A stretch of 38,908 nt of DNA, taken from assembly GCA_029258835.1 (NCBI GenBank), contig JAPDJY010000084.1, forward strand, positions 1 through 38,908. The letters are read 5' to 3'. The number at the start of each line of letters is the position of its first letter. Positions within the stretch are counted from its first letter, which is position 1. This stretch comes from Thermoproteota archaeon. Lineage in GTDB: Archaea; Asgardarchaeota; Jordiarchaeia; Jordiarchaeales; Freyrarchaeaceae. Of the stretch, positions 8,249-16,824 are shown one piece after another. Made by a program: the position numbers and the translations under genes. The notes beneath the pieces were generated by a model that did not search any database, had not been told where the DNA came from, and saw only the letters and a list, made by a program, of their open reading frames with translations.

Positions 8249-8826
8249 GTCCAGAACCTAAAGGCTGTGTATATCCTAAGTTAAAGCCCACCTTAGATAT
8301 CCTTTCTGATAAATTATTTCAGGGAAAGCAGATCAACCATGAACGCTTGAAAAGCTGAAAACCGTCATTTAATAAACACTACATTCACTGCAATGTTTCC
8401 CTATAATTGATACATCCGATTGTTAAAAGAGAGATTAACTGCGAGACATCTCTCAAGGGAGTGGAAGAAGATCTCTAGGTAACTGTGATGTACCTACTAC
8501 TTTTGCTGGATGTAAAAACCTAAAGGCCAAAGGGTATTAGAGTATGCTGGAGGGATGTAACACGTTAAATTTAGCTCACCTCTCTGCCGACGTGTTGCTG
8601 GTGTCCATTAACGGGCACCCTAACGGAATGAGGCCTTTAACTAAGGGGATTTAAAATTATTTAAAATGTAATTGTAGACTTGCTGGGTGAGAATAAGATA
8701 CTAAAACACATACTAAAACACTCTTACCTCCATCTTACTGCGACGATTAGGAGTAACACTTTTTCGTAGGAGAAGCTTCTCTTTCACCTGTTAATGATGG
8801 GTGGAGTTTGACGGGTGGCGAATTAA

Positions 8827-9921
8827 ATGAAGGACAGCGTATTGCTATTCTTCGCCGACTGTGCTGTTTCAGCGTCAATAGTGGTAACCCCTCTTTTCGC
8901 TAAGGGTCTTGGAGCATCAGACTTTGATCTAGGATTAATAGGTGCCACGTACGGTTTAGCCCTTCTTTTCTCATCTTACGTCTTCGGGTGGGCTGCAGAC
9001 GTTTTCGGAAGAGGAAGGCTTCTTAAAGTTGGCCTTGCCATAGCAGTTTTCATATTCCCCCTCCATGCATTCTCGTTTAACCCTCTCTGCCTTATCGCTC
9101 TAAGAGGATTAGCTGGGTTCTGCGCTGGAATGTATCCTCCAGCAGTGGCGGCGCACGCCTACGAGGCCCGTGGCCGTTTAGGAAGGCTGATATCCTTCGG
9201 AGCGCTCGGATGGGGGGTTGGAAGCCTCCTCATATCCTTCATACCTCTCTACCGTGACGTGTTCCTGATCTGCGGCGCTCTTTTCCTCGCAAGCTTCCTG
9301 ATATCGTTAAAACTGGAAATAAAGGATGTTAGGCTGGATGTGCCACTGTTTCCAAGAGACGTAATAAAGCGGGGACTCCCAGTCTACCTATCATTTTTCC
9401 TGAGGCATATGGGGGCTAACGCCATCTGGGCTATATTCCCTCTCTTCCTTAAAGAAATCGGTGCAAACGACTTTTGGATAGGCGTAACCTACGCAACCAA
9501 CACATTCACTCAGTTTCTCATAATGCCATTGGTTGACAGGTTTAAGAGTAGCCGCCTCGTCGCATGCGGACTCGCCTTCTCCACCGCGACGTTTCTAGCC
9601 TACAGCTTAGCCGAGAATTACCTACAAATAGTTCCTGTTCAGCTTCTCCTCGCATGCTCCTGGTCATTTCTGTACGTTGGAGCCCTAACCTACGTTGCTG
9701 AGAGAGGGGAGGAGAGGGCTACGTCAATAGGCTTCCTGGGAACGGTTAGGGGGCTAGCGGTAACCATAGGTCCCTTCTTCGGCGGCGCCATCAGCCAGCT
9801 CTACGGCTACAGGTCAACCATGATTTTCGCGGTTGCAGGGAGCACTTCGGGACTCGCACTTTTTATGGGTTACCTTGCCCGAAGAAAGCGTTTTGAAAAT
9901 CGTGCAACCCATCAGCCCTAG
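8827..9921 (+). CDS. Major facilitator superfamily transporter
   Basis: About 12 hydrophobic segments; motif A GWAADVFGRG; RGLAG in TM4; repeat motif LVDRFKS. Confidence 0.92.
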   Translation: MKDSVLLFFADCAVSASIVVTPLFAKGLGASDFDLGLIGATYGLALLFSSYVFGWAADVFGRGRLLKVGLAIAVFIFPLHAFSFNPLCLIALRGLAGFCAGMYPPAVAAHAYEARGRLGRLISFGALGWGVGSLLISFIPLYRDVFLICGALFLASFLISLKLEIKDVRLDVPLFPRDVIKRGLPVYLSFFLRHMGANAIWAIFPLFLKEIGANDFWIGVTYATNTFTQFLIMPLVDRFKSSRLVACGLAFSTATFLAYSLAENYLQIVPVQLLLACSWSFLYVGALTYVAERGEERATSIGFLGTVRGLAVTIGPFFGGAISQLYGYRSTMIFAVAGSTSGLALFMGYLARRKRFENRATHQP

Positions 9922-9922
9922 C

Positions 9923-10480
9923 TTACACGGCCTTTAACCTATCCCAAATCCTCTTCAAGGTCGCCATGTCCTCTTCAATCAGCTTTTCATTCCTTGGGTT
10001 GTAAAGGGCTGAGGCAGGATGAAGAGTTGGCAGGAACGTTACATCGCCTTTAACTATAGGTTTCCCCCTTAAAGAGGTCACGGGGCGTTTTTCGCCGACA
10101 ACCCACTTAAGGGCTACCCCGCCAAGAAGCACTATCAGCTTTGGACGTATAAGTGAGATTTGACCTGAAAGATACTCCATGCAAGCCTCTACCTCACTCC
10201 TCCTAGGAGCCCTATTTCTTGGAGGCCTACACTTAACAACGTTAGTTATGTAAACCTCCTCCCTTCTAATACCGGCTTTTAGTAAAACCCTGTTTAACAG
10301 TTGCCCTGCGCGTCCGACAAACGGCCTACCGTGAACGTCCTCCTCCCTTCCCGGAGCTTCGCCGATAAGCATAACCTCTGCTTGAGGGTTCCCCTCACCA
10401 AAGACGACGTTCTTCCGCCCTTTCCATAGGGGACACTTCCTACACCTTTCAGCTTTCGCCTTAAGCTCCTCCAACTCCAA
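9923..10480 (-). CDS. udg: Uracil-DNA glycosylase family 4 (Fe-S)
   Basis: CRKCPL, GEAPGREED, PFVG, NVVKCRPPRNRAP, C-terminal HPAS. Confidence 0.95.
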   Translation of the reverse strand: MELEELKAKAERCRKCPLWKGRKNVVFGEGNPQAEVMLIGEAPGREEDVHGRPFVGRAGQLLNRVLLKAGIRREEVYITNVVKCRPPRNRAPRRSEVEACMEYLSGQISLIRPKLIVLLGGVALKWVVGEKRPVTSLRGKPIVKGDVTFLPTLHPASALYNPRNEKLIEEDMATLKRIWDRLKAV

Positions 10481-10817
10481 CCCTAACCCTCCTAGAGAGA
10501 ATCCTTATTCCTACCCTGCCGCTACGAAGAAACCGGTCAACCCAATCCACCTTTCCGGAAAAATTTCCTGCCTCTCCGTAACCCTTCTTACCCACACCTA
10601 TAAGTTTTCCTCAACACGCCACGAATGAACACGATTCCCCACCTTCCTACACTCCTTCTTCGATGGCTGGGAGACAGGTCAACCCTTCCCGTCTTGTAAT
10701 GGTTTAAGCGTCGTTCAACCGCAATTGATGACGCAACAGAGAAGTCTATATATGAGATTGCTTAAATTATACCTGGGTTTGCCGGTGAAAACCTAACTGG
10801 CGGCGGAGCGTGTTTAG

Positions 10818-11606
10818 TTGCCCTGGCTCATGCGTTTCCTTAAGTTTGTAGGTTTCTTGGCTGTTTCATCGGTCTTCGTGTACTCTCTTCTGGGAGTCTA
10901 CTACCTTATACCACCTAACGTCCTCGTCACACCATCGCCATTTGAGCCACCAGCAATGGAAATTGGAGGCAACGCTGTTAACATGTCATTTCCACTGCTA
11001 GTGATTAACTCCGGCTTCTCCCCAATAGACAACATAATGATCTTCTTCAGGATGGTGAACGACGCAGGGGAGCCAATAGCCGAGGTTCCGACAATCTCAA
11101 CGGTTATTCCGGCGAAAAGCATCGTCCCACTACACTTCACCTTCTACCTTAACTTCTCACAGATACTTAACAATGAAACCATCATCAAGTTCATTAATAG
11201 CTCCATCTCGTTCAAATACCATGCTTACGTAGCCTTCAGGTACCTGCACTCTAGAGTCGGATTCGCCGCCTCCCTCATGATACCCTTAGAGGTTGGCTCG
11301 CCAATGCAAAACTTCAACGTGACAAATGTGACCGTCACGGCTTCAACGATCAACGTAACCTTCTCGTTTACGAACAGGTTCAAAGAGTACCGGCTAAACT
11401 TCTCCTCATACATTCTGAACCCCGACGGCGACCCCGTAACAGACATTGTTAGCTATTCCTCCACCGTTCCGGTTGGAAACTTCACCGACACCATAACTTA
11501 CACGGTAACTGCCTCCTCCCTTCCCCTAACAGGAGACTACACCGTGATCTTCAACTTCACCGAGCCCTTCGTGTTCGTCATACCATTCATCTACACCATA
11601 TCGTAG
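10818..11606 (+). CDS. Membrane-anchored surface glycoprotein with beta-sandwich domains
   Basis: N-terminal hydrophobic anchor, Thr/Ser/Asn-rich beta pattern, ten N-x-S/T sequons. Confidence 0.7.
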   Translation: MPWLMRFLKFVGFLAVSSVFVYSLLGVYYLIPPNVLVTPSPFEPPAMEIGGNAVNMSFPLLVINSGFSPIDNIMIFFRMVNDAGEPIAEVPTISTVIPAKSIVPLHFTFYLNFSQILNNETIIKFINSSISFKYHAYVAFRYLHSRVGFAASLMIPLEVGSPMQNFNVTNVTVTASTINVTFSFTNRFKEYRLNFSSYILNPDGDPVTDIVSYSSTVPVGNFTDTITYTVTASSLPLTGDYTVIFNFTEPFVFVIPFIYTIS

Positions 11607-11618
11607 GAGGAGTATCGG

Positions 11619-12083
11619 ATGGGTGAGGTAAAATCCATTTTTAAAGGCTTCCTCTTCCTCGGCTTCGGCATCCTAATCTACGTGGTGATACCCATCGGCC
11701 TCATCAGCCTCGCCCAGTCAATACTAATGTTCCTCGGCACGTTTTACCCGTTTAACCCCGTCCCAGTGGTGCTTTTAGGCATACCCGCTGCGGGAACCCT
11801 ATTCCTCCTAGGGTTCTTTAAGGGTGAGAGCGTAGGCCACGGAATAGCTGGCATGTTAAGAAGCCTAGTGACAGCCGAGTGGTTTGCCTCGGCTTTCCCA
11901 GGAGTATTCTACATCTACCTGCCGTTACAGCTAATGGAAATAGTAAACGTGATTGTTTTCACAGTTCTAGACGTTAAAGGGCTGATAATGCTCACCGCAT
12001 ACGTCATAGCGGCTACAGCACTAATATACCTCGTAGAAGTATACATAGGCATAAGAAACAAGCAATACTGGGTTTACAGTTAA
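11619..12083 (+). CDS. Hypothetical integral membrane protein (about 4 TM)
   Basis: Hydrophobic segments; 12 bp downstream of the previous gene with a GGAGG RBS. Confidence 0.7.
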   Translation: MGEVKSIFKGFLFLGFGILIYVVIPIGLISLAQSILMFLGTFYPFNPVPVVLLGIPAAGTLFLLGFFKGESVGHGIAGMLRSLVTAEWFASAFPGVFYIYLPLQLMEIVNVIVFTVLDVKGLIMLTAYVIAATALIYLVEVYIGIRNKQYWVYS

Positions 12084-12200
12084 CCGTTCCAACTCTCCGC
12101 TACTTTCATAGCTTTTGATGTGTGTAGCGGGGGAGTCTCCCCTCCTCCCCTCCTCCCCCCATCTTCATCGGAGGGCTTTCGGGGGGACGGGACTCCCCAC
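12084..12200 (-). ncRNA. Putative TnpB omega/reRNA scaffold at the IS right end
   Basis: Overlaps the tnpB 3' end up to the element boundary; GGGGAGTC/GACTCCCC stem (about 12130-12137 with 12191-12198). This is the position established for TnpB guide scaffolds; the 5' limit is uncertain. Confidence 0.45.
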
Positions 12201-12733
12201 ATTCATCTTTAAACCTCTCAACATAATATTCCAGCTACCGATTACGTCTCCATCCGCGATCAAACCGCATTCACATTTTAACAGCCTATGCTCATTCGGG
12301 CTTAATTTTCTCTCACATATCGGGCAGAGGATTGAGGTTTTGCAAGGATTAACGTAGATGGCTTCAATACCATTAAGCTTAGCCTTATACTTTAATATCT
12401 GCTGGAATTTTTCTAAAACTCCACCTATGCAACCTTCCGTTTAATTCCCTCGAGTAATTTATCTTCTTTCTAATTTTTTGGAGATTTTCTAAGGCTATTG
12501 CTAAATTCGTTTTTAATGCAATTTCAACAATTTTGTTAGCAACCTTATGGTGGATGTCCAGGAACTCTGTTTCTTTTCCTATCACGATATTTCTCTGTTT
12601 TTAACCTCTTGAATGATGTGATCCCCTTGGAATGAGCATAATCAAGTAGCCCGTTAACTATTGCTTTATACGTTTCAAATAAGCTTTCATCCACTTTTCC
12701 ATCAAGTTTAAACTTCGCTGTTAGTTTAACCGT
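12165..12733 (-). pseudogene. tnpB: TnpB remnant with a large internal deletion and a frameshift
   Basis: ACG at the expected start overlapping the tnpA stop. N-terminus VKLTAKFKL...KRLKTEKY joined near 12585 to HHKVANKIVEIA...IALENL...LHRWSF; extra A near 12410; then YKAKLNG...VNPCKTSILCPIC...CECG...DGDVIGSWNI. RuvC-I is missing. Confidence 0.88.
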
Positions 12734-13335
12734 CTCTAATCGCTTGCTTGACGCTTTCCACCACCTTTTTCTTCTTGTGACTTCTCACTCCGTATAACCG
12801 ACCAGTAAATGAAGTTACAACAGCAATTAAGTCTTCAACTAGCTCTCGTTGCAAATCCTCAGGTTCTTCCCCGAATACTACTTCAATCCTAACTCCATGT
12901 GAGTTGAAGAACTCTTCTAAATACCTGAACCCAAATCTTGTAAGTCTGTCTTTGTAGCTGATCACTGCAACATCAACATTTCCATTTATAACATATTCAA
13001 ACAGCTTTTCCAAACCTCTTCGCTTTTCATTTAATCCGGAGGCTACGCCTGTTAGAATATCAACAATGTTGCATCCTTTAGTTGAGCAATACTCTTTAAG
13101 ATATTCAACTTGCCTCTCTAAAGTCTCTTTTCCAGTCTGAAGAACTTACGCGAGCGTAAATAACCGCTGTATTAGCAACCTTGCCCTTAAGCAATCTCCT
13201 CACTTCATCCTCTGGAATCCTGAACTCTTTACCAACCCTCACCGATTTAATCCTACCACGCTTAATCCACCTAATTACTGTAACCCTACTCACTCTAAGC
13301 ATCTCTGCAGCTTTCCCAGTCCTATATAACCTCAT
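12726..13335 (-). pseudogene. tnpA: IS607 TnpA (HTH + serine recombinase), frameshifted
   Basis: MRLYRTGKAAEMLRVSRVTVIRW HTH and IYARVSS catalytic motif. One extra T near 13120 separates these from LERQVEYL...ASGLNEKRRGL...YKDRLTRFGF...ELVEDLIAVVTSFTGRLYG. Confidence 0.92.
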
Positions 13336-13363
13336 CGCCGCCTTATAAAACGTAACAAAAGTA

Positions 13364-13819
13364 TTAAGTGTTACGAATGCAACGTTGTATGTTTCTACCC
13401 CCGTCACCATCTATCTTCACCACCGCCCCTCCCTCCATAACTTTTTCTCCCTCCTGATTTGTCGCCCAAACATGACATTCCACATTCCCTCCCTCATGGT
13501 CTCTCTTCGTCACTCTTCCATGGAACGTTACGGTGTCACCTACATAGACTGGTGCCATAAACCTGACAGCTAGGCGCTTCACGCTTCGATAACCACCAGC
13601 CCAGTCACACAGCATTTTAACCATGTACGAGAACGTGAACACTCCTTGGACGACGATGCCTTTGAAGCCCGCCCTCTTCGCGTACTCCTCGTCGAAGTGT
13701 AAAGGGTTAACTTCCCTAACCAGCCTGCAGTACCTTGCCAGCTTGTCCCCGGTGAACTCCACCTTCAGTGGCGTGACTTCAACTCCCTCGTCAACACCTC
13801 TCTCAACACCCTCCTCCAC
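13364..13819 (-). CDS. MaoC-family hot-dog dehydratase (HadB-like); last residues contributed by the IS end
   Basis: EVNPLHFDEEYAKRAGF...QG, VRFMAPVYVGDTV, NQEGEKV. Confidence 0.9.
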   Translation of the reverse strand: MEEGVERGVDEGVEVTPLKVEFTGDKLARYCRLVREVNPLHFDEEYAKRAGFKGIVVQGVFTFSYMVKMLCDWAGGYRSVKRLAVRFMAPVYVGDTVTFHGRVTKRDHEGGNVECHVWATNQEGEKVMEGGAVVKIDGDGGRNIQRCIRNT

Positions 13820-13830
13820 GCCTCCACCCC

Positions 13831-14283
13831 CTACCCGGCTTTAAACAGGACTACTCTTTCATCCTGCGCCACGATTCTTCCCTCGGAATCGATTATTCTT
13901 AGGGGAGACTTGAGAACGTAATAGACGCCTTTCCTCCCCCTCTTAACACCGACGTTGCCAATGTCCATTTCAACAGTGTATGTTTCACCCACGCGTAAAG
14001 GCTCGTAAACATCCAGCTTTGACTCAGCGTGGATCATTGCTCTGACAAGGCTGGGGAACACCCTACTTACAGCTTTAAGGATGACCTCCCTAAGGTAAAG
14101 GGAATAGTAGGCCGTTATGAAGGCGGGTGAAACGTCATCTCCCTCATTGACTTCCCCTCTCTCACCTACCAGCTCGTAGAACTCTCGAACCATTTCCTCA
14201 CCAACTTTAATCCTCACCCGTCCAACCTCGCTCACTGCCTCCACCAAGGTGGCCTTAAACTCTGAAACTCTACCTTCATCCAT
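13831..14283 (-). CDS. MaoC N-terminal-type hot-dog protein (HadA-like partner)
   Basis: VREFYELVGE, SPAF, MIHAES...YEPLRVGE; directly upstream of the MaoC gene. Start moved to ATG 14283. Confidence 0.75.
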   Translation of the reverse strand: MDEGRVSEFKATLVEAVSEVGRVRIKVGEEMVREFYELVGERGEVNEGDDVSPAFITAYYSLYLREVILKAVSRVFPSLVRAMIHAESKLDVYEPLRVGETYTVEMDIGNVGVKRGRKGVYYVLKSPLRIIDSEGRIVAQDERVVLFKAG

Positions 14284-14363
14284 CACAGCCACCTCTAAAT
14301 AGCTGATTAACCCAGACAACACTTTTAAGCTCTTCCCGGAAAATGTTTGAGTGGTGACCTAGG

Positions 14364-15257
14364 TTGAACTTCGACTTCCCCCCGTTCAGGCCGCCATCGG
14401 AAGCCCAAAGCATACTTATAAGGGCGACCAGAGGATGCCCATGGAACAAGTGCACATTCTGCATAATGTATAAGGGGATGCGCTTCTCCCGCAGACCAGT
14501 TAGAGAAATAAAAAGAGACATAGTGGCTGCTAAAAGCATATTTGGCCCTAGACCCACAATGTTCATAGGAGACAGCAACTCTCTCGTAATGAAAACAGAA
14601 GACTTGGTTGAGGTCTTGAGGTTCGCCCGTAAAGTCTTCCCGGGTCTTCGGAGGATAACAAGCTATGCTAGGGCGAAGACGCTTCTACGCAAGTCCTTAG
14701 AAGACCTGTTAGAGCTAAGGAGAGCTGGGTTAACTAGGCTGCACGTAGGCCTCGAAACAGGCGACGATACCCTCTTGAAATACGTCAATAAGGGTGCCAC
14801 GGCGAGCGAGATGGTGGACGCCGGGAGAAAGGCGATGGAAGCCGGCTTCGAACTCACAGAATACGTGATCCTCGGCCTAGGGGGAAAAGAAGGATACCGC
14901 CGCCACGCGAGAGAAACCGCTAGGGTGCTGAACAAGATAAATCCAACCTTCATAAGAGTGCGAACACTCGTCCCCATACCCGGAACACCCCTCTACGAAA
15001 AGGTCGTCAGCGGAGAGTTCAAGGTGTCATCCCCCCTCGACGTGCTCAGGGAAACCAAGATTCTCATCGAAAACCTCAACGTTACAAGCTGGTTCCTAAG
15101 TGACCACGTATCAAACTACTTACCAGTAAACGGGAAACTACCAGACGACAAAGAAGACCTTATAAACTTCCTAGACCTCCACATCGACATACTCGAAACG
15201 GATCCTGCATTGGGCCGCCGCCTCCTCCAGCCAGAACACCTAAGGCAGCGCCTCTAA
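14364..15257 (+). CDS. Radical SAM protein of unknown substrate
   Basis: FRPPSEAQS, GCPWNKCTFC (Cx4Cx2C), GLETGDD, ILGLGG, SDHVSNY. Confidence 0.9.
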   Translation: MNFDFPPFRPPSEAQSILIRATRGCPWNKCTFCIMYKGMRFSRRPVREIKRDIVAAKSIFGPRPTMFIGDSNSLVMKTEDLVEVLRFARKVFPGLRRITSYARAKTLLRKSLEDLLELRRAGLTRLHVGLETGDDTLLKYVNKGATASEMVDAGRKAMEAGFELTEYVILGLGGKEGYRRHARETARVLNKINPTFIRVRTLVPIPGTPLYEKVVSGEFKVSSPLDVLRETKILIENLNVTSWFLSDHVSNYLPVNGKLPDDKEDLINFLDLHIDILETDPALGRRLLQPEHLRQRL

Positions 15258-15740
15258 AAAGGACGGCAAAAGAATGTTTTCACGCCGCCCCCCTCGTAAC
15301 TTCTATTAACCAAATCTTCAAACTAATCTTTAATCTTGGTAGTACGCGGATCCAGACAGAGGGTTATTCAATCCATCTTAGAGAATACTCCTTTCCCCTT
15401 ATCAGGAGGCTTATGGAAGCTAACGTGGTTTTCATCGTCAACAATCTAAATTCAAAACAGAGTTTCACCTTCAGTCTGTCTATTTCTCTTTAACAGTTAA
15501 ACATGTCTTCATGCGGCCTTCCATATGTTTTTCATCTTTCCGGAGCACCCTTAACGATTCGTCTAAAAATTCTCTTAGCTACCTATCAGCATTTCAGTAG
15601 CCTCCAAAAGGCACCGGCCTTGTTAAACCTCGTAAAACACCTGGTTACGTAAGTGTTACTTGGATGGTCTCGATGCGAATTAATTCGGTGATTTAATGAT
15701 AAGTTTTTTATATTTTCTAGGTCTCTTTTTCACCTGAAAA

Positions 15741-15758
15741 ATTTAGGTATACCTAAAT
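15741..15758. promoter_or_regulatory. DtxR-type operator (autoregulatory)
   Basis: Perfect 18-bp palindrome ATTTAGGTATACCTAAAT between a TATA-like TTTATAT (about 15707) and the regulator start. Confidence 0.8.
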
Positions 15759-15774
15759 AAATGGAGTTGGTAGG

Positions 15775-16221
15775 TTGAATGTTTCAAGTAGGGCTGAGGA
15801 CTACCTCAAAGGTATACACGAAATAATAAGGCGAAAGGGCTATGCACGCATAAAAGATATTGCTAACGAGTTAAATGTTAAGCCGTCAACAGCTGTGGAC
15901 ATGGTGCGCCGTCTTGCGCGTAGCGGACTAGTAGTTTACGAGAAGCGTGGCGCCGTCACCCTTACCCCTAAGGGAGGGGAAGTGGCTGAAGCGGTTAAAA
16001 GGAGGCATGATATCTTCCTGAAGTTTCTTGAATTAATCATGGTTCCCCGCCAGATAGCTTTAAAGGACGCTCACATTTTGGAGCATCACCTAGACCCTAA
16101 AACCATCCTTCAACTTTCCCGTTTCGTCGACTTTTTGAATGAGCGGAAAGCTTCGGACCTGGTTAATGAGCTAGTAAGCCAGTTTAAAGAGTACTGTAAG
16201 AGTAAGGGAGTGCGGCTTTAA
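15775..16221 (+). CDS. DtxR/MntR-family metal-dependent repressor
   Basis: EDYLKGI...ARIKDIANELNVKPSTAVDMV winged HTH; RRHDIF, DAHILEHHL metal-site motifs. Confidence 0.95.
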   Translation: MNVSSRAEDYLKGIHEIIRRKGYARIKDIANELNVKPSTAVDMVRRLARSGLVVYEKRGAVTLTPKGGEVAEAVKRRHDIFLKFLELIMVPRQIALKDAHILEHHLDPKTILQLSRFVDFLNERKASDLVNELVSQFKEYCKSKGVRL

Positions 16222-16292
16222 CCTGTTAGGCTCTCCTTTTTATCTCTAACTTTATTAGGGTAACTTATATTTGCATCTAACTCATTCCTAAG

Positions 16293-16322
16293 TTTAGGAT
16301 AACCTAAATTAGGTTGCCCTAA
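16293..16322. promoter_or_regulatory. Tandem DtxR-type operators upstream of feoA
   Basis: TTTAGGATAACCTAAA (16293-16308) and TTAGGTTGCCCTAA (16309-16322), consensus TTAGG-N4-CCTAA, downstream of TTATAT at 16265. Confidence 0.8.
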
Positions 16323-16328
16323 AAGGGG

Positions 16329-16607
16329 ATGTGCATGGAGAAAAAGCTAAGCGACATGAAACCCGGCGAGAACGGCGTAATAACAAAGGTTACCGGAGTA
16401 GAAGAACTAAGAAGAAGACTTCTCGACATGGGGCTAGTGAAAGGAACGAGAATACACTTGATTAGAAATGCGCCGTTAAAAGACCCAATAGAAGTTTCCG
16501 TGAAAGGCTACAACTTGAGCCTAAGGAGAAAGGAGGGTGAAAACGTCTACGTCATGGTGGAGGATGAGCACAGTGAAGATGCCGTTAGCAATGCTACCCC
16601 AAAATAA
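16329..16607 (+). CDS. feoA: Ferrous iron transport protein A
   Basis: LSDMKPGE, RRRLLDMGLVKG, APLKDPIEV, LSLRRKE. Confidence 0.95.
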   Translation: MCMEKKLSDMKPGENGVITKVTGVEELRRRLLDMGLVKGTRIHLIRNAPLKDPIEVSVKGYNLSLRRKEGENVYVMVEDEHSEDAVSNATPK

Positions 16608-16824
16608 GGAAGCTGTCATCGTCGAGGTTAAGGGAGGAAAGCGTCTTACAAGCCGTCTCCTAGAGTTGGGCTTCACGCCGGGGGCAAAAGTAAAGGTCCT
16701 CTCAAACTCTGGCCCCGCAGTGGTTGATGTTAGGGGCTCGAGAATAGCCCTAGGATGGGGTGTACTCTCCAGAATAATCGTGAGCGTGGATGAAAGGGGT
16801 GACTGTCAAAGTGTTGGTATCTGA
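16564..16824 (+). CDS. feoA: Second FeoA-family protein
   Basis: MPLAML...RLLELGFTPGAKVKV...GPAVVDVRGSRIALGWG. Start moved to ATG 16564. Confidence 0.9.
   Translation: MSTVKMPLAMLPQNKEAVIVEVKGGKRLTSRLLELGFTPGAKVKVLSNSGPAVVDVRGSRIALGWGVLSRIIVSVDERGDCQSVGI

Larger units (their letters stand above)
12084..13400 (-). mobile_element. Degenerate IS607-family insertion sequence (tnpA serine recombinase + tnpB), about 1.3 kb
   Basis: tnpA and tnpB remnants, AT-rich body, GG at both junctions (12084-12085 and 13398-13402 on the minus strand), no terminal inverted repeats or target duplication seen. Confidence 0.88.

Noticed and set aside
8698-8721. 12-bp tandem duplication ATACTAAAACAC x2 in a long intergenic region
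   Set aside because: Only two copies with no spacer; compatible with simple slippage and not a CRISPR array.
10725-10790. TTGATGA as a possible box C of another sRNA
   Set aside because: No CTGA box D at a suitable distance and no recognisable guide.
12115-12357. 80-aa plus-strand ORF
   Set aside because: Antisense to the tnpB remnant and IS right end.
13336-13410. N-terminal extension of tnpA given in the ORF track
   Set aside because: This is IS left-end and MaoC sequence; the HTH begins at ATG 13335.
15260-15700. Possible gene remnant in a long intergenic stretch
   Set aside because: Only short open frames with no recognisable motif; cannot be supported.
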